IMG/VR virus record: IMGVR_UViG_3300048672_000152
Location: 1-64,000 of that record
DNA length: 64,000 nt
Direction: 5' to 3' (one strand)
Source: a virus
The notes under the pieces: model-generated
Told to the model about the DNA's origin: nothing
Databases searched by the model: none
The model's input: the letters and a program-made list of their open reading frames with translations, nothing else
Part shown: in pieces, positions 34,488 through 45,980 of the stretch
Layout of the letters: every line of letters begins with the position of its first letter
Numbering within the stretch: position 1 is the first letter of the stretch
Position numbers and translations under genes: made by a program

Positions 34488-35071
34488 CCTCTAGTTTGTT
34501 TAATTTCATCTAAGCTAATTGGTGTGTAATTTACTTGTTCGCATGATACACAGTAGTATCTATCATCAGTTACATCACCAAGATACATACCCAAGTATTT
34601 TTCTTCTCTTGTGACTCGTTTACTATGTAAGTGACCATGAATATTCATACCACGATATAATTCATAATCAGGTACAGGAATATGGCTAATCCACAATCCC
34701 CATCTGGACTCAACACCCATGATAGTTACATTCTTAAATTGTAGTGCATATTTAACAACTGATAATTTATCATGATTACCTAATACATAATACACTCGTT
34801 GAAACTTACGTGCATATTCCTTCAGTCGCCAGAATTCACTTTCCTTAAAGAATATATCACCTAACAACCATAAACAATCGCATTTGTTTCCTGTGTTCAT
34901 GATGTTTCGATGAATTGTTTCATTGTGTTCTTCGACAGAAGAAAACTCTTTACGAAATTTTAAATGTATATTGCTGTGTCCAAAATGGGTATCAGCAATG
35001 AAATAATGCTTTGGTGGTTCCGGTGCCGCTTTCCGACTAAAACCACTTTCTACTAATGTTATATCGCTCAT
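34478..35071 (-). CDS. calcineurin-like metallophosphoesterase
   Basis: ADTHFGH, LGD, GNHD, SHIP, IHGHLH. Confidence 0.9.
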   Translation of the reverse strand: MSDITLVESGFSRKAAPEPPKHYFIADTHFGHSNIHLKFRKEFSSVEEHNETIHRNIMNTGNKCDCLWLLGDIFFKESEFWRLKEYARKFQRVYYVLGNHDKLSVVKYALQFKNVTIMGVESRWGLWISHIPVPDYELYRGMNIHGHLHSKRVTREEKYLGMYLGDVTDDRYYCVSCEQVNYTPISLDEIKQTRGWK

Positions 35072-36185
35072 AGCATTCTCCTAATCCCAAAACCCTAATA
35101 AATGTTTATTCAGCATAGTTGTGAGCAAACTCAAATTTGCTTTTCTGCGTTTGACCAGATACTTGTGACTCTCCCACATAACGCGAATATCTTTGTTGTT
35201 TCTAGTGATAAACACTTTATTTGTCTGATGATTATCCTCACGTACTCGCTTACACAACTCAGCACAAATCTTCATCTTCTTAGCCACTTTGTCAGCATTA
35301 AGGTGCATACCTTTCTTCAATGTAACTTTAGCGGCATTATCTAACCAATCTTCCATAGCCATCAACAAGAAACTGTAGTCATACCATTTGTAAGCCTTTA
35401 AGAATTGACGTTTGTGTTTGTTTTTCATACTACACCTCCCGAACCACATACATATTAGACCCATACTCGGCATCAACAGCCTCTTGTGCTAATACTCGTT
35501 TGCTTGTTTTATAGAAAATGAATGTCCCATCCCAAATACGAATGCAATATTTGCTTGGGTAGACAAAAGTATCTTGTGCATATTCTTCATAACTAACAAC
35601 TACTACTTCAATAGCTTTCTTCTTAGACATTATTTTCTCCTTCATGTTTCGATGAGATTCATTATACACGAATCAAATATCAATGCAACTATAATTTTCA
35701 TTATTACAAAGAAAAAAGCCCGCTAAGAAGCGGGCTTATGTTTATCTAATTCTTCACGATATAAAGCAATAGCTTTGAGTAGACTATCCACTTGTTTCTC
35801 AAGTACACTGTTGTACTCTTGTAACTCATTGTTCCGGCGCTCTAGCTGGCGGATTGTTTCTTTGTCGTCTGGAACAGACATATATTCTCTCATTTCTGCA
35901 TAGTGCGTCATTTTGTTTCTCCTTTGTTTGCAAATTTCTCATTAAGGATATCAGCTAACCAAACACCTGTTACAGCACCAACTGCCGCTCCAATGGAAGT
36001 GATTAGAATAGTCCATGTTGCCCCTTGCGTCAACACTGTTCCATAAACAGTCAGTTCTAGTAAGCAGATAAAATAACTCACAATAGGAATAATTCTCATA
36101 TTCTTATTTGCGATACTTCTACCTTGCAACGTTTTTAGCCCCACTGCTGTGAACATACCTAGCGTTGTTAATATTGTTTGTGCTA

Positions 36186-36566
36186 TCATAAAGATCCCCC
36201 GTATTCCGCAATAATCTCATCCATTACACGCAACGTACCATTGTAATCCCCGATCCACATACGTAACAATGCTTCACGATATAATTGGTTATCTGTGAAT
36301 GTATTAATTAACGCTGTGCCACTATCTACAGACACTAAATCAAGATTGTCTATATACTGAAAAGCATAAGTTTTTAAATCCATTTCTAATTGCACACAAT
36401 GTTTAGCTTTGTTTAAGTTAACAAGCTTGTCACCTTTATCTCTGGTTAGGTATTTAGCAAGTTTACAGAAACACGGTGTACCGTATAGTTTATATACAAG
36501 CTCAATAGGCTGCATCTTCATTGCTGTGTAGTGTGTGCCATCGCATTGGAATCCTAAACCATTCAT
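36186..36566 (-). CDS. DUF3310-like protein
   Basis: GTHY..MKMQPIE...KYLTRDK pattern. Confidence 0.55.
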   Translation of the reverse strand: MNGLGFQCDGTHYTAMKMQPIELVYKLYGTPCFCKLAKYLTRDKGDKLVNLNKAKHCVQLEMDLKTYAFQYIDNLDLVSVDSGTALINTFTDNQLYREALLRMWIGDYNGTLRVMDEIIAEYGGSL

Positions 36567-36621
36567 ATTATTCTCCTCTTAAAATTAAAAAGCCCCAATC
36601 TTTCGACTGAGGCTAAGTATA

Positions 36622-37353
36622 TTACTCTGGTACGCTATTGTCAAGCTCAGTGATAATTAATTTTCCATTATCATCAACATCAACAGAAATCTCACCTAAT
36701 ACATATTGAGCTAATTGTGATTTAGTTAATTTTAACAGTTGTTCTCTTGTCAAAGTTTCTTCGTAGAGGTCGTCTAAGTTGAAAGCTTTGGTTTGAGCTT
36801 CTTTTTGTTCTTGAATTTGAGCTTTGATAATGTTCTCACGTTTTTCAAGTCGCTCACAGATTTCATCATACTCTAAATATGAATCCTTACCTTCAAGAAT
36901 ATCTTCAATTTCTTCTGGTGAATAGAAACCAAAGTAAACATCTTGGTACAAGGCACGTAATTGTTTGTCGCTAGATTGAATCGACCTAATTTTATCGCTT
37001 AACTTACCACCATCGTACCCATGAGATGTGTGACTCATAAGTGTGGAGTGTGGCATCACTTCAACTGAGTGACAAGACAGTAGCAGAATAGATCCACCAC
37101 TCATTGCTACACCATTCAAAATACCATGTACATGACCGTTACAAGAACGAATCATATTACTAAGCATTGTAGTAGTGTGCAGGAATCCTCCAAAACAGTT
37201 TATTGTTAGTTCAAGAGAATCATCTTCCGACATAGAAGTCAATACTTGAACTAATTCTCTATACTTGCTAGGTTCTTCAATATCCCCGTCAATGAAATAT
37301 GCAAAGTTTTGTGGAGAAGGTTTTACGTAAATTGTATCTAATTCGTTAAGCAT
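36622..37353 (-). CDS. ClpP-like protease
   Basis: INCFGG, GVAMSGGS (catalytic Ser), LMSH. Confidence 0.82.
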   Translation of the reverse strand: MLNELDTIYVKPSPQNFAYFIDGDIEEPSKYRELVQVLTSMSEDDSLELTINCFGGFLHTTTMLSNMIRSCNGHVHGILNGVAMSGGSILLLSCHSVEVMPHSTLMSHTSHGYDGGKLSDKIRSIQSSDKQLRALYQDVYFGFYSPEEIEDILEGKDSYLEYDEICERLEKRENIIKAQIQEQKEAQTKAFNLDDLYEETLTREQLLKLTKSQLAQYVLGEISVDVDDNGKLIITELDNSVPE

Positions 37354-37889
37354 TGTTCTCTCCTTAAAATATTGTATTGAAATTCAAGCTGTTTCCTCAC
37401 GGTAGCAGCTTCGATTTCTGTGTTATATCTGCCGAAATACGTAGAAACTCCTCCTACTGGAAACCAAACTTCCCATTTATTATCTTTTGGTCTGATGCCG
37501 TACCAAGCATATGTCGGAGATTTACCTGTATTAAATGTGTTAGCTGAAACCGTACTTAGTCTCAAATTACATATACGATTATCTAAACTATCTCCATTTA
37601 TGTGGTCAATAATAGAAGATGTGTCACCATAAACGTAAGCCCAAGCAACTCTATGTGCTTTGTATCTTACCTTGTTTACATATAAACTCTTATATTGGTA
37701 GCCAGAGGCGTTTTCCTCTAAACTACCCGCTAACATCCCTACATGCTTCTTATTAAAACTTTTCCAAACTGTATCAGTCTTGAAATGTTCTCTAGGACGA
37801 GTCTTCCAGAGGAATTCTCCTGTGCTTGGGTTATATTCAAGTACAGACTTAATGTAATCCACAGGTATCGTCTTGGGTAATAGCAACAT
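37338..37889 (-). CDS. HNH homing endonuclease
   Basis: YNPSTGEFLW, KAHRVAW, IDHINGDSLDNRICNLR, AP2-like C-terminus. Confidence 0.88.
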   Translation of the reverse strand: MLLLPKTIPVDYIKSVLEYNPSTGEFLWKTRPREHFKTDTVWKSFNKKHVGMLAGSLEENASGYQYKSLYVNKVRYKAHRVAWAYVYGDTSSIIDHINGDSLDNRICNLRLSTVSANTFNTGKSPTYAWYGIRPKDNKWEVWFPVGGVSTYFGRYNTEIEAATVRKQLEFQYNILRREQCLTN

Positions 37890-37890
37890 A

Positions 37891-38646
37891 CTACATCAAC
37901 CCCTTACGTCTCAGAGCAAGAATCACTTTCTTCACTGGTTCAGAACGAACAATATCACTTGGACGATTGAAATCTACGAAGCCCCAAGGTAGGTCAGGAT
38001 TCTCACCATACAACTCAATAGCTAATTGAAGACCGTTACTCTCTTTCAAATCAGTTTGTAGAATATCACCAGCTAAAACTAAAGTAGAGTTATTGCCGCT
38101 TCGAGTGATAATCTTGATAAACTCTTGACGACTGATATCTTCAGCTTCATCACAAATGATAAAACAGTTCTTCAGTGAGCGTCCTTTTATCACTTCGAGT
38201 GGTATGGGTTCAATATCTCCACGTTCGATAGCTAAATCTACTACAGAACGTCCTAGCTTCTCGTATAGCGTATCTAAAATAGGCATTAACCAGTTCTTAG
38301 ACTTCTCTACAAGAGACCCCCCGAAGAAACCTAATGACTTAGAGTTAGATACTGCTGGACGCACTAGATAAATCTTATTGATTTCACCTAAATACCACTT
38401 TTCTGCTGCAACACAAGTAGGGATGTAACTTTTAGAGCTTCCTGCATACCCAGTAGCGATCACAACAGGAAGTTCATTGCACATACGAATGTATTCGGCT
38501 TGCAAATCATTCATAGGTTTTACGGTGACAAACTTTTCTTTTCGGTCTTCTAAATGTTTTTCAGAAATCTCACGAGGTTTCCCCGCAGTTTCTTTAGCTT
38601 TACGTGTTCTCTGTACACGTTGTTTCGCATTGCTATTGTGTTCCAA
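37891..38646 (-). CDS. phoH: PhoH-family ATPase (TTG start at 38646 chosen from the RBS)
   Basis: GYAGSSKS, RPAV, LGFFGG, KGRSL, DEAED, GDILQTDL, IVRS; AGGAGG upstream of the TTG. Confidence 0.9.
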   Translation of the reverse strand: MEHNSNAKQRVQRTRKAKETAGKPREISEKHLEDRKEKFVTVKPMNDLQAEYIRMCNELPVVIATGYAGSSKSYIPTCVAAEKWYLGEINKIYLVRPAVSNSKSLGFFGGSLVEKSKNWLMPILDTLYEKLGRSVVDLAIERGDIEPIPLEVIKGRSLKNCFIICDEAEDISRQEFIKIITRSGNNSTLVLAGDILQTDLKESNGLQLAIELYGENPDLPWGFVDFNRPSDIVRSEPVKKVILALRRKGLM

Positions 38647-38659
38647 TTTATTATCCTCC

Positions 38660-39055
38660 TTAATCACAACTGCTTGATGAACTACTACTACTACTTGAAT
38701 AATCTGAACTACTATAATTACTTGACGAGCAAGAATCACTACTAGACATGATAATTGCAGTAGCTACATAAGGTGTAACATAGTCAGTGTTATCAACTTT
38801 AATAGCATTGCTCTCAGATTGAACAGTAGATTTATACTTACTCTCTGCTGGTTTGTTATACTTCTCAAACTTTGACTTAGCTGGAGTATTTACTTTCGGC
38901 ATAGGAGTTTCTGTCTTAGTAGCAGGTAACTTCTGATAATCATTAATATGCTGTGGCAATTCTTCGACCTTCAGCATAGCAACATTAGGTAACTCTTGCT
39001 CAACTTTACTAGATGAAAACAATTTACTAAATTTAGATACTAACCAATTCCACAT
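38660..39055 (-). CDS. hypothetical protein with Ser-rich tail
   Basis: C-terminus SSSDSCSSSNYSSSDYSSSSSSSSSSCD. Confidence 0.6.
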   Translation of the reverse strand: MWNWLVSKFSKLFSSSKVEQELPNVAMLKVEELPQHINDYQKLPATKTETPMPKVNTPAKSKFEKYNKPAESKYKSTVQSESNAIKVDNTDYVTPYVATAIIMSSSDSCSSSNYSSSDYSSSSSSSSSSCD

Positions 39056-39457
39056 AACAATCCCCCCTTATTTATCGAAAATAAATATCATCTCTCAGAC
39101 TAACGTAACCATCTCTAATTTCTTTAACAGTAGGTATACTGCTTTTCCTATCAGCTAAGAAAGCTAAGGGGTACATTGCTACTAAAACAATAGTAAACAA
39201 CAACACAGCAAGAGTAAACTTAATATGCAACCACCACATTATAAATACTCCCCTAATAATTCTAGTTCATATTCAGACAACATAACACTGTAAGGCTGAC
39301 TTTTAGCTTTCAATGTTGTCTGGTAGTTACGTAAGATATGCTCATAATCTAGCATATCAGGAACTTCTTCTTGTGATGCTTTATTATTCTCAAAGTTAGT
39401 GAGGAATGTATCACAAGCTAATAAGAATACATCTGTTGGGTATGTGAAATACATTAG

Positions 39458-40212
39458 TTAACCTCCTAATAGTTCAATTAGTTTGTCTTTAATCTTTTCT
39501 TCAGCATCGTCCACTTTTAACTTAGTACCGACTGATACAGCAATCGCAGCAATGCGGTCTTCGTAGTTATCCAAGAAATTACGAATTTCTTTTAGTTGTT
39601 TACCTGAGAATTCTTCTAGTAACGCCTCACGATAAGCACCTTTGATGTTAAATGTTTCAACAACGAAGTCTTTTAGTTCCGCCAACACTGATGGTTCTAA
39701 ATCAATTTGCTTCTTAACCTCGTCTTCCATTTGTTGCATAAAAGCGCCGACAACTTTCTGGACAATACTCTCTAAATCTGAAGTCATTTATTCTCTCCTT
39801 ACATTAATATTTTAATTTCACGTTCAACTGGTTCAATATCGACAACACTGTCAATATCATCTAAACCATATTTAAACTCATCTAACACAACAGACAGACA
39901 TTCATATAGCTTTATGTAGTTAGGGCTATTGATGACCCGCAGAAGTTCTTTAACTTCGTCTTCTGACATATTCATTAAGATAGTTTCTTCCAATCGTGCA
40001 ACAATTGGGTATTTAGCAGTATCCATCTTGAATTTATCGTACAATTCACGACTATATTCATCCACCAACTCGCGCTGGGTGTCATTAGTACATAACTGCT
40101 TTGTACTATCTGTATAGTCTGCCAAGTATTCAGCAATACTTGCAGCACCGTCTAACTGAAATAATTCAATCAGTTGTTCTTGAATTTCACTCATCTTCAT
40201 CCTCCTCATCAT
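39458..40212 (-). CDS. two tandem acidic helical proteins (39458..39787 and 39799..40212), DUF2059-like
   Basis: Both carry an (F/M)S..(Q/E)(L/V)KE(I/L)..(F/V) helix; the family call is tentative. Confidence 0.35.
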
Positions 40213-40748
40213 AAATGTCTTTCATACCTTCAGCACCATTCTCAAAAGCATTGTTTGCTGCTTCATCAAATGCTCTGTGTATCAATGTTGAGCCATCTTC
40301 TTCCTCTGACCCTAAACTACATAAGAACTCTTTTAGGAATTTAGATTTATTGTTAATCTGAAATGGACAGCATGGTGCATTTTCTAAAGCCCATATCAGG
40401 GTATCCACACCAATGGTGATTTGGAGTACTTCATTTTTTATTTTAATGTCTAGTGGTTTATTTGCGTTTTCCATAATTCTCTCCTTAATTAAACATAGAA
40501 ATCATTCTATCACTGAAACTGTATTTGTCAATAGCTTAACAGCACCAAAATTGTCTAAATAGTTAGTAACATTAGTAATTAATAAATCTCTCAATGTTTC
40601 AGGGTCAGCACACTCGCCAGATTTGTATACAGGTATTTCATGTAAATCCAAGTACACAAACCCTCTGTATTTATTTGAGTTTGGAATAGGTTCTACAACA
40701 ATCTCGTATTTGTAAATCTTATCATAACTGTAAATGTGGTCGTGCATA

Positions 40749-41273
40749 TTATTCTCCTGTGTAAGAACCGTAACGAACTTTGATAGTACCTAAATCTTTA
40801 AATGATTCATAGAACTCATGTACATTCTTACCGAAATATGTAACTACACTCCCCTTAGTAACCCCTTTCACTTTATTACCGTTCTGGTCATAGTAGTTGG
40901 TGCGCCCATGTAAATAACATTGTGGTCGATGTAACAACGGTTTGAACCAAGTTTCACTTGTAGCAGCAAACGTAATCATTACGATTTCACAGTCATTACT
41001 AACGTGTTCTTCTAAAGCTTTCCAAGCAATACGTTTATTATTCTCACGAGAAAATGGATGATTGCACCACACTTTACCGAACCAATGCTGCTCGAAACCA
41101 TCATCTTCTTTTGTGAAAATACATTTGGCTTTCACAGTTTTGTTAGCTTGTTCACAACTAAAAGGATCTAAATCAATACGTCCCATAGTTTTACGGGCAG
41201 CTTCAATGATTTCTTTTGGTGAGTACCATTCAGTATTTCCGCTATCTTGGTTAATCAGTTGATGTTCTTCCAT
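40749..41273 (-). CDS. phage DNA N6-adenine methyltransferase
   Basis: EWYSP, IDLDPFS, DDGFEQHW, VWCNHPFS (NPPY-like motif). Confidence 0.85.
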   Translation of the reverse strand: MEEHQLINQDSGNTEWYSPKEIIEAARKTMGRIDLDPFSCEQANKTVKAKCIFTKEDDGFEQHWFGKVWCNHPFSRENNKRIAWKALEEHVSNDCEIVMITFAATSETWFKPLLHRPQCYLHGRTNYYDQNGNKVKGVTKGSVVTYFGKNVHEFYESFKDLGTIKVRYGSYTGE

Positions 41274-43120
41274 TATAATTTCCCCTCTCGTTTTAAATCT
41301 TGGTATCTCATTTCAACTTCCCTGTAGTACACTACCTTGTCGTTACTGTATTCTCCAATATTCCAACCATGTTTATCATGTAAATAGAAATATCTCTCAT
41401 AATACCATGTATCACTCCAAACACCATTGAAATTAGTATCTTTAATAAATTGGTCAATCAATTCCATTGAATGTGAATAAGTAGGTGTGTCTAAGTAGTA
41501 AATTACACATTCTTCTTTCTTATTAATTAAATCTTTACGGTGTTCACGTAAACTTGCAAGCTGCAACTCTAACTCTTTAATTTGAAAATCAACAACTTCA
41601 ATGGCTTGTGTATATTTATTGAAACCTTCCTCAAGGATAATTTTCATATCCATTACTCCATCTCCTTCAACACATCTGTTAATAACTTAATCTGGCGTTT
41701 AACTCTAGCTACAGGACACATGAAATCAGTTTGATACCAACTACCTTCAATTTTGTTATCTTCTTGTTCCGACCACCAATTAGCAATCTCAAACAACTCA
41801 TTCACTTCTCCTATTGTCAGCTTAAATGTATTCCCAAAGTCAGTAATAATATGGAATACTTCAATAGTTTCTGTAAACTCATCGTTTAGTACAGATTTCC
41901 TAAGTGTATATGTCTTGGTTTCTTTGCTGATAACAAACCCATTACCACAACGCTGACCATCTTTAGTAGCTAAAGCCATCCCAACGATAGGTGTAAATGC
42001 TCGATTAATTGGTTTCATTTGTGTTCACCTCGATTAATTCAACATCATAGTTATCACCCAAGTAATTTCTACAGTAAGATTCTAACATATCCTTAGCTAC
42101 TAAAGGGTATTGTGTTGTCCCTACTGTGTAAGCCCATGTCTCATCCCATACTTCATATAGATTAGTTTGTGGGTCAAACGTAATTTCACCATTTTTAGTT
42201 ACTTTAATTAAACTCATATATTTCTCCTTATTTAAACCTCAATTTTAAGCTATGTACAAGCGTGTACAAGCCACTCTATTCTTACCCAATACGATTTATC
42301 ATCTTACGTATAATAACACCCTTCTCAACGCTTGTACAGCGTTTAAATGCTATATGCGATGTATTATTTCTTTATAGGGTATTTAGAAATTATATTTTCA
42401 CTTATTCAGCTATTCTGAAACGCTAGTTTCTAATTCTTTCTTGATACCATCCAACACTTCCATCACCCACCAATCATCAGCAAAGGTTTTCTTGGAATTC
42501 ATTACATCGTATATGTTCTTCTGAAAGAAGTCAAGTGTTCTGTACTCTGGTAATGCTACAAATGTGTATATGCTGTTATATGGAATATGCGCGTACATTC
42601 TGGTGAGACTTAGTAGCTCTAGGATTAGTTGGTTCATGTTAATATCTCCTCAATTTCAATTTGCACACTGTACAGGAAGACAATGGGATTGTCAATAGGT
42701 ATTTTGTTGTTGACATTTGGAATTTGGTGGTGTAGAGTGTGGACTTGTTAATTGATGGAGGTGTTTATCTCACATATCTGTGATTTCACCGTATTCGAGT
42801 AGACACTTACCTATTAGGTGTTAAAATATAAGCATAAGGAGAACATTATGACTAATGAAGAAATTATTGAGAGTATTGCAAACTGGTACGAACTTCCTGT
42901 TGAGCAAGTGGCTTTGTTATGGAGTGCATTTCAGTGGGTGTCTGATAGTGATTTACAGCAAGTGGTTAGAGCTACTGTTACTCAATTTATTCAAGATAAG
43001 TTGGTGTAGTTCGACACACTAAATGAAACCTCTGTATCCTTAGTCTCTCTAAGGCTGTAGAGGTTTTTATTATATGTTTTATCTCTTATTGGATGTTGGT
43101 ATGGAGGATAGGTATATTGG

Positions 43121-44425
43121 TTGTATTGGATAGATTATAAGATAAGTAATGAGATGAAAGAAGTTAGTAGTAAGTATTATACCGAGTACGTAGATTATTT
43201 ATCTAAGTTTAATGAAGTTAAGTTAACAATTAATAAACTTACTAAGATAAGACAAGCTGTAGATTGTCTGTTCTATAACATTCAATACAGCTTAAAAGGT
43301 GATACGATCATAGTCACTAGAGATAGGAATGATTTTAGTAGACCACTAATCTATAATGGCAGGGTAGTTAATCGTAAGGTAAGCTATGAGTATACTATGT
43401 CATTATTCTCTTGGTTACATGCTCAAGGTTATGCTACTAATGAGATTGGTTTAGTGGATAATTGGGTGATGAAGGGTGGTGAATGGACACCGTTAACCAT
43501 TAAACAAAGTAAACTGATATTATCTGACCAACTTATGAGGGATGTCAATACTGTACTTATAGACAAAAAGAATGTACCTCCAGTAGAGAATGTTATTCGT
43601 ATCCGTGATGAGAGTAAGAATTATGTCACTAAGCGTTTAGGTGAATATCAGCAACACCTGTGTAAGTTACTTAAAGAATACAACCATTTGTCTAAGAGTT
43701 TTATTTTAGAATCATGCGGTAAAGAATTTGACATTCAGGTAGCAAAGGTGTACAATCAATCTTCCTTCCAGAAGGGTGGAAGGACTTATGTTATTGGGGG
43801 AGGAAGTGAAGTGTTAGAGAGTGAAATCAGAAGTCGATTAACTGTTGATGGTGAAAAGACTGTTGAATGTGATTATAAGAGTTTACATGCTCGTCTTGTT
43901 GCTACTGTAGTTGGTACACATATCCCACTAGACCATGACCCTTATCAACTGACTTTGGATGGGTATGACAACAAAGTGCTGCGTAAGATATGTAAGTTGC
44001 TTGTCCTGTGTATGTTTAATGCTAGTAGTAAGCAGAGTGCTATTTCAGCAGTTAACAAAGAAATCAACGAAACATCGTATGTCGATGAGAATGGGAATGA
44101 TATTCCAATCAGAGATTATTGGTTTAAAGAAGGTTTAGCTCCAAAGTATTTAGAGTTGAAATACATTGCGGATTTATTGTTAGAACACAACCCTTATATG
44201 AAAGGCCATGCTTTTACTGGATGTGGTATGGATCTACAGAATTTAGATTCACGTATGATGGATATTGTGGTAGATTATTTCACTAATAATGGGGAGTTCT
44301 GTTTACCTGTGCATGATTCTATTGTTGTTCGTGAAACTCTAAAAGACCAAGCAATCACTGTAATGTATGAAGCATATCTACAAGTTATGGGTAATAACGA
44401 TAATTGTATTGTGGATGTTAAATAA
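43121..44425 (+). CDS. compact family-A/T7-like polymerase-fold protein (copy 2)
   Basis: 434 aa. GGRTY, ECDYKSLHAR, RKICK, QNLDS, PVHDSIVV; paralog of 11614..12921 (both share YNG....RK.SY, K.YN.SS, G.DNC). Confidence 0.75.
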   Translation: MYWIDYKISNEMKEVSSKYYTEYVDYLSKFNEVKLTINKLTKIRQAVDCLFYNIQYSLKGDTIIVTRDRNDFSRPLIYNGRVVNRKVSYEYTMSLFSWLHAQGYATNEIGLVDNWVMKGGEWTPLTIKQSKLILSDQLMRDVNTVLIDKKNVPPVENVIRIRDESKNYVTKRLGEYQQHLCKLLKEYNHLSKSFILESCGKEFDIQVAKVYNQSSFQKGGRTYVIGGGSEVLESEIRSRLTVDGEKTVECDYKSLHARLVATVVGTHIPLDHDPYQLTLDGYDNKVLRKICKLLVLCMFNASSKQSAISAVNKEINETSYVDENGNDIPIRDYWFKEGLAPKYLELKYIADLLLEHNPYMKGHAFTGCGMDLQNLDSRMMDIVVDYFTNNGEFCLPVHDSIVVRETLKDQAITVMYEAYLQVMGNNDNCIVDVK

Positions 44426-45760
44426 CCCTTGACAAGTCATCTTGTCTTATGTACACTATACAAACAATTTAATTAAGGAGAGAATAAATGAAATTTAATC
44501 TTTGGAACATTATTGCTGTTGGGGCACTACTTTATGTGGTTGATGCTATGATGCTATCATCGTTTGTTGATGAACTGAAGGCTACAGAAGACTATGAGAA
44601 AGTATGTGTTATGGATAAACTAACAGATGGATTGTCTACTAACGCAATTTTACGTAAAGTGGAACGAGAGATTACTCTTGAACAGGCTGGATTATTTAAG
44701 TACTTATATGGTGAACGTGCTGTACGTAAATCTATTGAGGAGTGTTGATTTAAACACTCTCAGAACAACGTAGAAGCGATTAAATAGGTAGAGGTAGGCA
44801 TACGTACTGGGCATGTGTTATAATGACTTGTACGTTGCTGTATTAGTGATTGAAAATTGATAGGAGAGAATACGAAAGACTTTATTGAACAGTACAAATT
44901 GTTAATGCTTAAAGCCAATAGGTATCTGGACGGAATGTATGATCTTCAAGAGGAGTTTGATACTGAATTAGATTTAGGTTGTATAGAACGTTCTTATTGG
45001 GTTGATGCTTTAGTTGTAGACAATAACGAGTTACATATCCAAGTGTATAGGTCGGGGTATGAATGGGGTAATGCTGATTTACTGATCTCAATGCCCGAAT
45101 GCGTGGATACTAAACTCTTAGAACTACGTAAACAATGCGAGGCTATTAAAACTGAACGAGATATTGTACGTGAAGCTTTAGAAAAACAGCAATTACAGAG
45201 ACAGGAAGAACTGGAGTACCAGAATTTTCTTAAACTTAAAGCTAAATTTGGAGGGTAATATGAAAGTAATTAAGTATTGGCGAACTGAACCGCTAGATAA
45301 AAACTGCTCAGGTATGTGGTCTGGTTATCACGAGAGTGAGGAAGATGCTGTTCAGTATATTGTCAATATGTTAGTTGAGCATGATATGTTTTGCTATGAA
45401 GAATTTGAAGTGCTTCCCTATTATGTTATTCAGAATGATTGAGGGGGGTGACAAATATGTTCGATATGAAATGTGGCTGTGGTAGAGAAGTTAGGTATCA
45501 AGTCCTTGACTCTGAAGGTAGACTTACTTATGCTTGTAATAAACACGTTCGTTGTTTAGATTATGAAGATTTAATATTATTAACAAATCTACAACGTATG
45601 GATATTATAAGGTTGAAATCAGCAGCAGAGGATATTCTTGCTTACAGAGAAGGTACTGCTAAATACCAGATGGCTAAATATTACATTGAGAATTTTACGC
45701 CATCTCAAATTGATGAAAATAAAGCTTGACAGATAACAAAGTTGTGTTATTATCTGTTTA

Positions 45761-45847
45761 TATCTTGTAGTTTAAATAAAACGTAAGACTTTTAATCTTA
45801 AGATGTTGGGTTCATAAGTTGTCTTATGTAAGTCCTAGCCAAGATGT
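45761..45847 (+). ncRNA. degenerate tRNA-Lys(UUU)-like RNA with a hairpin inserted in the T-loop
   Basis: Acceptor TATCTTG/CAAGATG, D-stem GTTT/AAAC, anticodon arm TAAGA-CTTTTAA-TCTTA; CATAAG/CTTATG insertion; no CCA; sigma70 promoter at 45726-45753. Confidence 0.6.
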
Positions 45848-45852
45848 ATTAC

Positions 45853-45980
45853 TTTAGTGTTTGAAGTTGGACGGTTTAGCAAGCTACTTCTGGTAAAGGT
45901 TCAACTCCTTATTAAGCACGGCGACTACCAGAAGCCACAGAAGCATAAGTTCGTAGGTTCAAATCCTACCAAACACTAAA
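45853..45980 (+). ncRNA. tRNA-like RNA with two T-loops
   Basis: 11-bp terminal stem, 3' T-arm GTAGG-TTCAAAT-CCTAC, internal 9-bp stem CTTCTGGTA/TACCAGAAG enclosing AAGG-TTCAACT-CCTT. Confidence 0.6.

Noticed and set aside
45853-45980. tmRNA or tRNA-Sec
   Set aside because: Too short for tmRNA, with no tag frame; no UCA anticodon arm.
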